Below are positions 36,195 through 45,015 of a stretch of 64,000 nucleotides of DNA, piece by piece (position 1 is the stretch's first letter; every line of letters starts with the position of its first letter). Source of the DNA: a virus (lineage: Duplodnaviria > Caudoviricetes); the IMG/VR virus record IMGVR_UViG_3300009085_000025, positions 1-64,000 of that record. One strand, given 5' to 3'. The notes beneath the pieces are model-generated. The model saw only the letters and a list, made by a program, of their open reading frames with translations. It was not told the DNA's origin and made no database searches. The position numbers and the translations under genes are program-made.

Positions 36195-36223
36195 ATTATA
36201 TCATCTTTCAAAAAAGATGTCAA
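36195..36223 (-). promoter_or_regulatory. Sigma70-type promoter
   Basis: TTGACA-17 nt-TATAAT with TG; 7-bp inverted repeat in spacer. Confidence 0.85.
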
Positions 36224-36231
36224 ATTAAACA

Positions 36232-36265
36232 AAAAATGCCAACAGTTGAAACCGTTGGCATTTTT
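36232..36265 (-). terminator. Intrinsic terminator after SH3 lipoprotein, abutting next promoter
   Basis: AAAAATGCCAAC/GTTGGCATTTTT stem followed by U-tract on - strand. Confidence 0.8.
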
Positions 36266-36276
36266 GTTGGCATTAT

Positions 36277-36705
36277 TTATTTGTATATAATATAGTTCAT
36301 TTTTGCAAATCCACACATTATTTTTCCATTTTTATCTGTGAATCTGACCATATTCCAGTTATTTCCAACAGATGAAAAAATTTCCACCACGGTTCCATCT
36401 GAAATTGTGGATGTTATTTTTCCACCAGATTCCAAGGGCAGGTCTCTAATATTCAAACCACCATCCGGAGAAGCAGAAACAACTCCCAAAATCCCAGAGG
36501 TTTCCATTGTTTCACAATCCAAATCCACATCTGTTGGCAATTGTGTTGGCAATTGCTGAGGTGTATTTTGAATTGTTGGCAATTGTGTTGGCACTGGAAC
36601 TGGACTTACTGGTAAAACACAGGCAAGCGTGGAAAAAACAAAAAGAATTGGCAACAATATTGGCAATAATTTTTTATGTAATTTTTTCAAATCCTTTTTC
36701 TCCAC
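36277..36705 (-). CDS. Lipoprotein with Pro/Thr/Gln linker and SH3b domain
   Basis: Signal peptide with LAC lipobox, PTQLPT repeats, GLNIRD.P...G..VEI...NW..V SH3b pattern. Confidence 0.75.
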   Translation of the reverse strand: MEKKDLKKLHKKLLPILLPILFVFSTLACVLPVSPVPVPTQLPTIQNTPQQLPTQLPTDVDLDCETMETSGILGVVSASPDGGLNIRDLPLESGGKITSTISDGTVVEIFSSVGNNWNMVRFTDKNGKIMCGFAKMNYIIYK

Positions 36706-37015
36706 TGTATTTTGTGTTTTTCAATATGATAACAATCATATTTACCCCGTCGACATCTTCAACTTCATTTATTTGAATTGTTTTCTGGTCAATTGCTAGG
36801 CATAAATCATACATTCTTGCCAGTAAAACATCATCTGTTTCTGGGTCAAAAGTTTCCTCTGCCTCGCTATCAGAGGTTTCTTCTTCGTTTTTAAACTTTT
36901 CGTTTTTTAGCATTTTTTCTCCTTGAATCCGCTGAATTAAATATTCCCATTTCATAAGACCTCTTGTAAAATTTAAATTCCTTTGTTTTCTTCCCGATGT
37001 GCCTAGTTTGAGCAC
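36674..37015 (-). CDS. Hypothetical acidic protein (start probably MLKNEK)
   Basis: AGGAG RBS before MLKNEK. Confidence 0.55.
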   Translation of the reverse strand: MLKLGTSGRKQRNLNFTRGLMKWEYLIQRIQGEKMLKNEKFKNEEETSDSEAEETFDPETDDVLLARMYDLCLAIDQKTIQINEVEDVDGVNMIVIILKNTKYSGEKGFEKIT

Positions 37016-37174
37016 GACCTTTGTTGGCTTCCCTGAAAACTACGGATTGTAGTTTCCCCCCTTTAGCCCTGAATTCCGGTCTTTCTTTCACGGGTTTTCT
37101 TATGGAATTTATCTTCAAACTTTTTGTTGTTTTTATTTTTTTATTTATGACGTAGGGAATAAATTTAGCGATAT

Positions 37175-38239
37175 CTACTTCTTCGGAAACGGAGGATTTT
37201 GCTGGCGAGGAATCGGAAAATTTTCCTTTTTCTCCAGTGGAGTTTTTTCTGATTTGTTTTCATTCGAAAGACTAACGGGAATCTCTGGTTTTCTATTCAT
37301 TCCCATTCTCATCTCTCGTTCTTTTAGGAATCTATCCTGTCGTTCATCTTTTCCGGATTTATTCGGAACTGGAGCCGGATGTAAATTTTCACGTGGTTTT
37401 TCCGGTCTTTCGTTTACGGAGAGGTCAACATGTTCAAGCTGAGAAGTGACAAAATCTTCACCGAGAGTTTCACCAAATTCCTGTAACAAATCTCTTTGCA
37501 TCCCTAGTTTTGCACGAGTTTGAGCAAGAGGAGTTGCATTTTTCTTTCTATATTCAATTTCTTGAATCTTCTCTACTTTTTCCAGTTCAAAATTTGCGGC
37601 AATAATTTCATAGCTAAGTTGTTCCATCTGAGATTTATGCTTGAATTCTGGGTCTGTGTTTTTATATATCAGAAGAAAAACCAAGTCTAAAGCAAAAGCA
37701 ATTCCGATTCCGAAACCCAAAATCCATCCGAAAGATTGCTCTATGTTTGTAGAACCAGTAATTGCCTTCAGGTTTGTAAGAATCACATCAGATGTTGTAA
37801 ATATCATAGCCATTAGCAAATGAAGAACAAGTCCGGCTCTTGCTATTGATTTTTGATTAAAGAAAGGAAATCTTTTTATCGGAATCTTTTCCCAAAAAAA
37901 TCTGGTGTCAACTTTTACAGATTTTCCACGATACCCCAATGCCTCCCAAACAAGAATCAAAAGTTCCGCATAAGCCAGTCCAAAAATACTCATCAGAGCA
38001 CTTTGCCCCATGGTCTGCATAAAATCAATTGTTCTCAATCCACCAGCCAAAAGAAGAATTACTTCAACAATTGTCTCAAGCTTTTCATATGGCGTCTTCC
38101 AAAACATCTCGTACAAAGCTTTCTTAAAGTCGTCCAATTTGCTCATGGGTTGATTCTGCGTAGAATTATTACTCATTGTTTTTTCGCCAACCCTTGGTAA
38201 TACATTGTTTTGTCTTTTTTCATTAAAGTTATTTTTCAT
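37175..38239 (-). CDS. Multi-pass membrane protein with coiled coil and disordered C-terminus
   Basis: Three to four hydrophobic segments then heptad-rich region. Confidence 0.65.
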   Translation of the reverse strand: MKNNFNEKRQNNVLPRVGEKTMSNNSTQNQPMSKLDDFKKALYEMFWKTPYEKLETIVEVILLLAGGLRTIDFMQTMGQSALMSIFGLAYAELLILVWEALGYRGKSVKVDTRFFWEKIPIKRFPFFNQKSIARAGLVLHLLMAMIFTTSDVILTNLKAITGSTNIEQSFGWILGFGIGIAFALDLVFLLIYKNTDPEFKHKSQMEQLSYEIIAANFELEKVEKIQEIEYRKKNATPLAQTRAKLGMQRDLLQEFGETLGEDFVTSQLEHVDLSVNERPEKPRENLHPAPVPNKSGKDERQDRFLKEREMRMGMNRKPEIPVSLSNENKSEKTPLEKKENFPIPRQQNPPFPKK

Positions 38240-38978
38240 TTATTGTTTTTCCTAGTTGATTTTTTATTGTGCCTTCAATAAATTCTACGGATTTTTTAAA
38301 ATCATACTTTCTAATATCTATTGCTACGTAAATCCCGTTTGCTTGAGCATGTTTCTTTTTTATCTGGTCTCTTTTTTGTATTTTTTTAAACTCTCCCTTA
38401 TAGTAACCGTCATATTCTTTATAGTGTTGCTGACCTTGAACTTCAACATAAATCTTGTACTCAGGAATATAAATATCATACGGCATAGATTTTCCGCTGG
38501 TTGGACTATTTAATTCTCTATATTCTGATATGGCGCTATAATTAGAAGAAAAATACTCCTTTAATTCTTTTGCTAGTTTTGATTCAGTCTTATTTCTGGC
38601 ACACTCCGGACATCCATGCCCATCTAAAACGTTCTTCGGCGTCATGGAAAAAATAAATCCACATTTATTATGTTGTATTTTTATTTTTTTTATTCTGCCT
38701 TTGTATTCATCAACAACAGAATATTCATCTCCGTGTACATTTTTTATTTCGGATTTAAAAATTTCAGTTGTTTTTTTAGTGAGACCGGAACAGTTCGGGC
38801 ATCCGTGTCTACGAAGAAAGTTATTTGGAGTTATGTGCCAAGAAATTTTACATTTTTTATGAAAAATCTCAATTTTTTTCTTGTTCGATTTATATTCCCC
38901 TAACACCAAATATTCATCGCCGTACATATAAAAAACTTGAAGTTCAAATTCTTCTTGTGTTTTTTTGTTTTTATTCAT
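38229..38978 (-). CDS. Free-standing homing-endonuclease-like protein (zinc-ribbon repeats + Vsr/DUF559-like nuclease)
   Basis: Two H.KC...TP.N.L..HGCP.C repeats and PYDIYIPEYKIYVEVQGQQH. Confidence 0.8.
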   Translation of the reverse strand: MNKNKKTQEEFELQVFYMYGDEYLVLGEYKSNKKKIEIFHKKCKISWHITPNNFLRRHGCPNCSGLTKKTTEIFKSEIKNVHGDEYSVVDEYKGRIKKIKIQHNKCGFIFSMTPKNVLDGHGCPECARNKTESKLAKELKEYFSSNYSAISEYRELNSPTSGKSMPYDIYIPEYKIYVEVQGQQHYKEYDGYYKGEFKKIQKRDQIKKKHAQANGIYVAIDIRKYDFKKSVEFIEGTIKNQLGKTINEK

Positions 38979-39180
38979 ATAAATTTTATAAACTCAATCA
39001 CTTTCTATGATAGCTTTGATTTTTCCTCCTGTGGTTCACAATCTGGACAAAATTTTATTTGTCCATTCAATAAACATCCGATACACGCCCAGAAAATTCT
39101 TCCACAGACACATACGCATTCAACGCCTGTTACTGTCACTGAAAATTGTATATCGTGAAAATCTTCGGCTAATATTGCTT

Positions 39181-39411
39181 TCATATATTTTGTGCCTCTT
39201 TTATTAATTCGCCGCTTTCATCAAAACTTAGGTGGTAAACAGCGTCATTGTCATCTGGATATTGAATAATGTTATTTATATAAAGGCAGGTTTTTGTATG
39301 ACTTAGGTTTTTTATTTTTCGAAGAACATCATCTTCCGATGATGAAAAACTCCAGTCGTTACACATTCTACCCGCTGAATCCATGTAACTATATAATATG
39401 GCGTATGTCAT
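39181..39411 (-). CDS. Hypothetical protein
   Basis: 76 aa, AGGAG RBS, downstream of promoter. Confidence 0.65.
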   Translation of the reverse strand: MTYAILYSYMDSAGRMCNDWSFSSSEDDVLRKIKNLSHTKTCLYINNIIQYPDDNDAVYHLSFDESGELIKEAQNI

Positions 39412-39441
39412 GTCACATCTCCTTTTGAATAATCATACATA

Positions 39442-39471
39442 ATTATACCATGACATAAACGAAGCTGTCAA
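39442..39471 (-). promoter_or_regulatory. Sigma70-type promoter
   Basis: TTGACA-18 nt-TATAAT with TG. Confidence 0.85.
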
Positions 39472-39477
39472 ATATCC

Positions 39478-39789
39478 TCATTTTTTAGGCTTAAACATGT
39501 CAAAATGAGTTAAATTTCCACTACTATCCATAGCCGAAATACTGACATGGACACAATCTTTCTTGTCGAGCCAAGCTCCACCACTTGCCAACTCATACTT
39601 CTTTCTATCGTGCTTATCATTTGAAACTAAGAAGATATATCCAACACAATTAGAATACCAATAATATTCGCTGGAACAATCTTTGATTTTCACAAAAAAC
39701 AATCTTTTATTTTTCATATTATTTTCTCGGTTCAATAAAAGAAATGGTGGGGTCGTGTTCATCACAAAGACAAATATTATACATCTCAT
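39478..39789 (-). CDS. Hypothetical protein (start probably MKNKRL)
   Basis: Tiles operon. Confidence 0.5.
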   Translation of the reverse strand: MRCIIFVFVMNTTPPFLLLNRENNMKNKRLFFVKIKDCSSEYYWYSNCVGYIFLVSNDKHDRKKYELASGGAWLDKKDCVHVSISAMDSSGNLTHFDMFKPKK

Positions 39790-39949
39790 TTATCATTCCT
39801 TGTGAGATGTCATCCCAAACGATTTTCCACTGGCAATCACAGCCATAATAAATTGTAGTTACAATTTTATTATCGGTATTTCCGTTTTCATATCTGTATT
39901 CAATTTTTTCCGTATCATCTGGAAGTTTAATCTGGTTTTTTGTGTTCAT
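39719..39949 (-). CDS. Hypothetical protein
   Basis: 76 aa, AAGGA RBS. Confidence 0.6.
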   Translation of the reverse strand: MNTKNQIKLPDDTEKIEYRYENGNTDNKIVTTIYYGCDCQWKIVWDDISQGMINEMYNICLCDEHDPTISFIEPRK

Positions 39950-39960
39950 GTTTTATCCTT

Positions 39961-40212
39961 TTAAATGGGGTTGGTATATGTAAGTTCAAATCTTTTGAAT
40001 GATGCGGTAACAAGGCACGAATTGAAATCATCCAACTCATCCATAGGAAGAATAAAAAAACTATAAGATTCATCCAAGTATTGTCCCTTGTATGCCAAAA
40101 TAATCCTGTCTGCTTCTTCGATATTTTGAGCTTCCAAATATCTAATCTCTTCAAATTTCCCCTGTTCGTCTCGAACAACCATCGGTGCAGATATAAATGC
40201 TAAAAACTTCAT
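39961..40212 (-). CDS. Hypothetical protein, paralogue of 40300..40512
   Basis: EEIRYLEAQNIE...YL...LDDF...VTASF. Confidence 0.7.
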   Translation of the reverse strand: MKFLAFISAPMVVRDEQGKFEEIRYLEAQNIEEADRIILAYKGQYLDESYSFFILPMDELDDFNSCLVTASFKRFELTYTNPI

Positions 40213-40242
40213 AACGCTTCTCCTTTTTTATTTTTATCTATA

Positions 40243-40298
40243 TAAAATAACTGCTCGTAGTTCATGAAACTTTCATTTCATGAACTACATGCAATCAT
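40243..40298 (-). promoter_or_regulatory. Hairpin cassette (family A variant)
   Basis: 13-bp IR GTAGTTCATGAAA-6-TTTCATGAACTAC with ATAAC and CAATCAT flanks. Confidence 0.75.
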
Positions 40299-40299
40299 A

Positions 40300-40512
40300 T
40301 TATCCGTAAGATGCCGAAACGTATTCGGAACCGAACTCATCCAATGCTGTTCCAACCTGAGAAATATAATCTTGCCAATTCGGAAGATATTTTTCTTTGT
40401 AGTTTCCAACTGCTTCTGCTACAGCTTCAATATTTTCCGCCTCAAAATAACGCACCTCTTCGTCATAGCAATTTCCACTACCTCTACTAAAAGTAACAAT
40501 AAATTTTTCCAT
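40300..40512 (-). CDS. Hypothetical protein, paralogue of 39961..40212
   Basis: EEVRYFEAENIE...YL...LDEF...VSASY. Confidence 0.7.
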   Translation of the reverse strand: MEKFIVTFSRGSGNCYDEEVRYFEAENIEAVAEAVGNYKEKYLPNWQDYISQVGTALDEFGSEYVSASYG

Positions 40513-40514
40513 TT

Positions 40515-41003
40515 TTATTCCCTATCTTCGCATTCACAATCTTCAAAGAAATATCCACAATCTTCGCAGAGTGAATCTTCTTGTTCTTCGTATTCGTCTT
40601 CATCGTCGTTATTGGTGACGATACAATTATTATCAAAATGCAAATTTCCATCGTTTTCCCACACTTCAAATTCTTCCTTGAACGTATGAGTTTGACCACC
40701 ATTCATAGATGTTCCATTGCAAACATCAAGAGGCATAACACCAAGAGAACCGCTATCTACATAATAAACTTCATTGTTGCGGTCAAAATAACTTCCGTCA
40801 CCATGTTTTGTTCCTGCAATAAAACACTTCTTATTTTGATGATAAAAAACTCCGTCATCAAATTTTTCAACATCAACTACCTTACTTGAATTCAATCCAA
40901 AACAACCTGTATCATCAATTAACTTGCTCCAATCATCGTCACTTACGGCATAGCACAAATCTCCAACATAATATGTTCCGGCGGGAAAAATATGACGTGT
41001 CAT
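40515..41003 (-). CDS. Conserved phage protein with acidic/Cys-rich tail
   Basis: AGTYYVGDLCY...HGDGSY.D...VDSGSLG motif. Confidence 0.7.
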   Translation of the reverse strand: MTRHIFPAGTYYVGDLCYAVSDDDWSKLIDDTGCFGLNSSKVVDVEKFDDGVFYHQNKKCFIAGTKHGDGSYFDRNNEVYYVDSGSLGVMPLDVCNGTSMNGGQTHTFKEEFEVWENDGNLHFDNNCIVTNNDDEDEYEEQEDSLCEDCGYFFEDCECEDRE

Positions 41004-41317
41004 TATTTAATCTCCTTGTTTGTTTCATAAGATTTAATATATCGTTGAAGAGAATCTTGATATAAATGCCATCCAAACATGGATGAATCATACATGGCTC
41101 TGGACATTGCTCTTGTAATCTCAAGCCGAGATAAATTCAATTCATCAACTTCATCCTGAGTTAAAAATCTTTCTTCATACAATAACCCAGAAGGTTTTCT
41201 GCGAAAACCAGTTTCCAAAGCCACGACCTTGATGACTTCTCCTTTTTTAGTGAGAGGATTGATTGTTCGATTATCAAGAGCAAAACAATAAGCCGGAATT
41301 ACCACATCGCTAATCAT
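41003..41317 (-). CDS. Hypothetical protein
   Basis: 104 aa, tiles operon. Confidence 0.6.
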   Translation of the reverse strand: MISDVVIPAYCFALDNRTINPLTKKGEVIKVVALETGFRRKPSGLLYEERFLTQDEVDELNLSRLEITRAMSRAMYDSSMFGWHLYQDSLQRYIKSYETNKEIK

Positions 41318-41658
41318 TTTTCATCCTTTTCGAGAGGGAGCACAACAACACGACGAATGTTTCCGTCATCTCCTATATTTCCCCTGATTGCAATACCATC
41401 TTCAATCTCGGATTCGTCATAATATTCACCAAGGTTCAAATCAGTGAATAATGCTTCGTCCGAAAGATAAAACAAGTCAATGGTCACAACGGTTCTTCCA
41501 TTTACTTTTACTGTGACACCATATGGATTTTCTTCAAGTTCAACTTCGCCTTTTGCCTCTGGTTTGTTTACGCTAATTTTCATGTTATTCCTCTTCTCCT
41601 TCTCGAAATTCTTGTAGTCGTTGTTGGACTTCCTCAACGCTGTAATAATCTTTGACAA
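41314..41658 (-). CDS. Hypothetical protein
   Basis: Tiles operon; start uncertain. Confidence 0.55.
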   Translation of the reverse strand: MSKIITALRKSNNDYKNFEKEKRNNMKISVNKPEAKGEVELEENPYGVTVKVNGRTVVTIDLFYLSDEALFTDLNLGEYYDESEIEDGIAIRGNIGDDGNIRRVVVLPLEKDEK

Positions 41659-41747
41659 TCATAGAAAAAATCTCTCTGGCTTCATGTAAAGATAAGTAAT
41701 ACTCAAGAACAGCCATTATTTTATCATCATCATTATTTGATTTTGGA

Positions 41748-41999
41748 TTAAGCATTTTCATCCTCTTTCATTTCAAGTAATTCGTTATAAATATAATCAT
41801 CTAAAACTCCACCAATTGTATTGGCTTGATATACCGCAATGGAGTATTTTCCAAGTGCTTCAAGAGCTTGAAGGGTGGCACTTTCCACACCTTCAAGATA
41901 AGAAATAATCTCGTTATCATCACGACGATGACCAACACCACGATAAAACCAATTCTTGGTATCGAATTTCATTTTTTCTGCGAATTCTTCACTGTTCAT
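41748..41999 (-). CDS. Hypothetical protein
   Basis: 83 aa, AGGAG RBS. Confidence 0.65.
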   Translation of the reverse strand: MNSEEFAEKMKFDTKNWFYRGVGHRRDDNEIISYLEGVESATLQALEALGKYSIAVYQANTIGGVLDDYIYNELLEMKEDENA

Positions 42000-42026
42000 G
42001 GCTGTCTCCTATATAAAATTATGTTA

Positions 42027-42055
42027 ATTGTACCATGGCTCATGTCCCGTGTCAA
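42027..42055 (-). promoter_or_regulatory. Sigma70-type promoter in degenerate family C cassette
   Basis: TTGACA-17 nt-TACAAT with CATGG extended -10. Confidence 0.8.
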
Positions 42056-42137
42056 ACTGGTACATTATTCGGAACGCTTTATGGTACACTACTTGCACAT
42101 TTTGCGGAACACTTATTGCACAATTTTTGCACAATTT

Positions 42138-42812
42138 TTATTTTCTAAGTTCTCCGGTGAGAATATCGGGCAAATTCCGCTTGATATCATATTCTTTCAT
42201 GTAAGGAATATTGACCAAATCATAGTGTGAAGCGTTTCCAAGACCATGAATTAGCGCCTGTTCCTTGCCCAATTTTAGAACCGTGCTACCTTTCTCCCTG
42301 CCGTTGTATGAAACAATAGCATCTTTCATGGGACTTCCATTTATCAAATTCTTGATAGTCGTCTGCTTATAAATCTTGATTTCTAACTGTGAAGAAATAA
42401 ACTTATTGAAGTTGTCAGCCAAACCAGACAAAATCAAAACATTATTCGAGTGCTTGATACGCTGTAACATAACCTTCAATTGCTTCACGCGTTTCCTATC
42501 ATCCAAATCTAGAAACAAGAAGAACTCGTCAATAATGATGATACTATTTTCAATCAACTCTAATTCTTCAACTGAATAAATTTTCTGTTCCCCTAGCCAA
42601 ATCGGTAAAGCATATGAATATAAATTTTCCCTAGTGAAGCCATGATTATTCTTTAGATAATCTATGATGTAATATAAAAGATTGCTCTTTCCCTGAGATA
42701 CATCAGAACATAGACCGATAATCCTAGGTTGAGAAAACAAACTTTCTATTACTGTTGAAATTGGAATCTCCCCCGCCAACTCGCTCTTGCTTTTCAAGAT
42801 TGTTGATGCCAT
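42138..42812 (-). CDS. P-loop NTPase (deviant Walker A), function unknown
   Basis: IIGLCSDVSQGKSNLL and IIIIDEFF; start reset to MASTILK after AGGAG RBS. Confidence 0.7.
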   Translation of the reverse strand: MASTILKSKSELAGEIPISTVIESLFSQPRIIGLCSDVSQGKSNLLYYIIDYLKNNHGFTRENLYSYALPIWLGEQKIYSVEELELIENSIIIIDEFFLFLDLDDRKRVKQLKVMLQRIKHSNNVLILSGLADNFNKFISSQLEIKIYKQTTIKNLINGSPMKDAIVSYNGREKGSTVLKLGKEQALIHGLGNASHYDLVNIPYMKEYDIKRNLPDILTGELRK

Positions 42813-43031
42813 AAAGTTCACTCCTTTTAGGTGACTGTTCAATACGATAGGGGGCATGACACCCCATAAGTAACAAGTGTTTATAGATGATGTTCCTTGG
42901 TATGACCTCCAGTAAGACATAGTTTGACTTTCCCAAAGTAAGCTGGTATAATTCACTACACCACGCCGGACAACGCTTAAGATAATTAAAGTTTTTAAAG
43001 TATATAGTTTTATCACGTAAGACTCATTTGT

Positions 43032-43146
43032 TTGTTATCGAAAAAAGATAATAAACAATAAAAACCAATAAGTTATAAAGATTGACTTATTAGCTTTTAT
43101 TGTTATCTTATCCACTCTTCTTTATAAAGAAATGAATAAGATAACT
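43032..43146. repeat. AT-rich nested inverted-repeat block upstream of the ATPase
   Basis: TTGTTATC direct repeats, AATAAGTTA/TGACTTATT, GTTATCTTAT/ATAAGATAAC and TTCTTTATAAAGAA. Confidence 0.65.
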
Positions 43147-43171
43147 TCTTACATACCTGCTCGTAATCTAC

Positions 43172-43600
43172 CTATGATGCAGGTTGCACATCAACTTGCT
43201 TGTTGATACGCAAATCCAGCATAAGTTGTAATTGTTTCTCAAACTCCGTCCGAGCAAGACGGAGTTTTTTGTTTGGCTCGATGGCGTTCAGGTGCTTTCC
43301 CGTGGTGGTTTTCCAACAATTTTCAGATACGACCAAGCCAAACTCTGGGTCATAAAAAGCAACGATTGTTTGATATGAATAATATAATTCGAAAATACCC
43401 ATGTCGATTTTTATTGCATGAGCGCCATAGTTATCGCTCGAATAATTACCATAAGTTGAAAAGGTGGGTAAAGTTGTCATTTTATTTGTTCTCCTTGTTG
43501 AACATAAGAATATAAATTGAAATATCGAAGGTTTCTTCAAACCAATGCCAAATTTCTTCTCGGTCAGTTCCAATTTCAAAATGAAGATATGGAACCTCAA
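43172..43600 (-). CDS. Conserved phage early protein (start probably MTTLPT)
   Basis: LYYSYQTIVAF...N.W.TTTGKHLNAI motif. Confidence 0.7.
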   Translation of the reverse strand: MRFHIFILKLELTEKKFGIGLKKPSIFQFIFLCSTRRTNKMTTLPTFSTYGNYSSDNYGAHAIKIDMGIFELYYSYQTIVAFYDPEFGLVVSENCWKTTTGKHLNAIEPNKKLRLARTEFEKQLQLMLDLRINKQVDVQPAS

Positions 43601-43769
43601 TCATTCCATCATCATCAACTGGAATATCACCCAACGATTGCCACATATCCGTCACAGAGAAAGATTTTCCACATCCGTTACAAATTCTACCCAACACATC
43701 TTCATCTGGTGTATTATATGCTTCTGGGTATGTTGTTTCACCGCAATAAATACAAAGTACGTTATTCAT
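43482..43769 (-). CDS. Zinc-ribbon hypothetical protein
   Basis: CIYC...CNGC; F.IGT.REEIWHWFEE. Confidence 0.65.
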   Translation of the reverse strand: MNNVLCIYCGETTYPEAYNTPDEDVLGRICNGCGKSFSVTDMWQSLGDIPVDDDGMIEVPYLHFEIGTDREEIWHWFEETFDISIYILMFNKENK

Positions 43770-44028
43770 ATTCTGATACCCATTCTACTTGGCTATAATA
43801 ATGCCCCTGTAAACTTCCTTTATAATTCCACCTAATTTCACGTACAAATTGACAGGAAAGCAATTTCTTTATTTGTCCAATTGTCGAGGATGAGAATTCA
43901 TAAACTTCAAAAGATACTGGCACATCTTCCCATCTTGAATTGTTATTCGAAAATTTTATCTTTACTTCAATAATCTCATTCATAGTGTGGTCTCTCCTTT
44001 GGAAACGGAACGGGTGGAAATCTTTCAA
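43762..44028 (-). CDS. Hypothetical protein (start probably MNEII)
   Basis: Tiles operon. Confidence 0.55.
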   Translation of the reverse strand: MKDFHPFRFQRRDHTMNEIIEVKIKFSNNNSRWEDVPVSFEVYEFSSSTIGQIKKLLSCQFVREIRWNYKGSLQGHYYSQVEWVSEYE

Positions 44029-44278
44029 GTTTTACTTCGTAAATTCCTTCTGACAACACCGAATAAATATCACGGCGACCTTTATTCCACTCCTTGACAA
44101 TCATTTCTACTTTATCAAAATATCTTCGAGCAAAACCTTTGTTGATACAAACTTTATTCAATTCTGATTCAATCGGTTCGCCGTAGGTATACCACCAACC
44201 CCCTTCATGTGCTCCACCGTAAGCTCTATCAATTAGATATATAGTTACATAATACATGATTACTCCACTTCTACCCAT
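43976..44278 (-). CDS. Conserved phage early protein
   Basis: Y.IDRAYGG.HEGGWWY motif. Confidence 0.7.
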   Translation of the reverse strand: MGRSGVIMYYVTIYLIDRAYGGAHEGGWWYTYGEPIESELNKVCINKGFARRYFDKVEMIVKEWNKGRRDIYSVLSEGIYEVKLERFPPVPFPKERPHYE

Positions 44279-44478
44279 TCGGGCGACATGAGTTCAAATC
44301 GATTTGGAATATATGGAATTGCGACACATCCTTGAATTTCATCGTTCTGCAATCTGTAACTTTCATTGGTCAAAACGAAAGTTTCTAAAAATCCACTACG
44401 TTCAAGCCATACACATTCTTTATAGTCCCAATGGGGGAGTCTGAACTTCCTCTTTTCTTCAATAACCATCTTCAACAT
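44260..44478 (-). CDS. Hypothetical protein
   Basis: 72 aa, tiles operon. Confidence 0.5.
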   Translation of the reverse strand: MLKMVIEEKRKFRLPHWDYKECVWLERSGFLETFVLTNESYRLQNDEIQGCVAIPYIPNRFELMSPEWVEVE

Positions 44479-44510
44479 TTCATAAAACTTGTATCTTTTT
44501 TGATATGCTA

Positions 44511-44708
44511 TTATTTTACTCCATGATAATATTCGGTTTCACAAATACGTTCAACCAAATCATAAATTCTAACATCTGTAATGTGTTGTTTTTCACGCCA
44601 ATCAAAAGAACTCCAAAAAATATCTAGGGCGTCTCCAACATCTTCACCCTTCCAGATTACATCGTATTCTTTATTCATAAATTTATATTCAATAACAAAT
44701 TTTTTCAT
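44511..44708 (-). CDS. Hypothetical protein
   Basis: 65 aa, AGGAG RBS after cassette. Confidence 0.65.
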   Translation of the reverse strand: MKKFVIEYKFMNKEYDVIWKGEDVGDALDIFWSSFDWREKQHITDVRIYDLVERICETEYYHGVK

Positions 44709-44730
44709 GGTTGCTCCTTATTGTTTTTAT

Positions 44731-44779
44731 AGAATAACTCAAGAACACACATAAGATATCTTATGTGTGCATATTCAAT
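44731..44779 (-). promoter_or_regulatory. Hairpin cassette family A
   Basis: 24-bp perfect palindrome CACACATAAGAT|ATCTTATGTGTG; flanks TTGAATAT and TTGAGTTATT on - strand. Confidence 0.8.
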
Positions 44780-45012
44780 TATTCTACGACTTCGTTTTCT
44801 AATTCACCAAATTCCCCCCAGTAATTTTCATTCGGAGTAAACTCATATTGTTCTTCCTCTAAAAAATATGCTCCGCGCTGTACACCGATAAATTCAACGT
44901 TTGCTCCAAAGAACTCTCCAGCAATTCTTGCAAACTCATCTGTGTCACATTCCGTAAGGAATTTAGTCATAGCATCGAGTAATCTTTCTTCATTCAGAAT
45001 GATTGTCTTCAT
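44779..45012 (-). CDS. Hypothetical acidic protein
   Basis: 77 aa, AGGA RBS. Confidence 0.65.
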   Translation of the reverse strand: MKTIILNEERLLDAMTKFLTECDTDEFARIAGEFFGANVEFIGVQRGAYFLEEEQYEFTPNENYWGEFGELENEVVE

Positions 45013-45015
45013 TTT

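Noticed and set aside
42813-43016. N-terminal 68-aa extension of the ATPase in the ORF track
   Set aside because: A clear AGGAG RBS precedes MASTILK at 42812; the extension has no RBS
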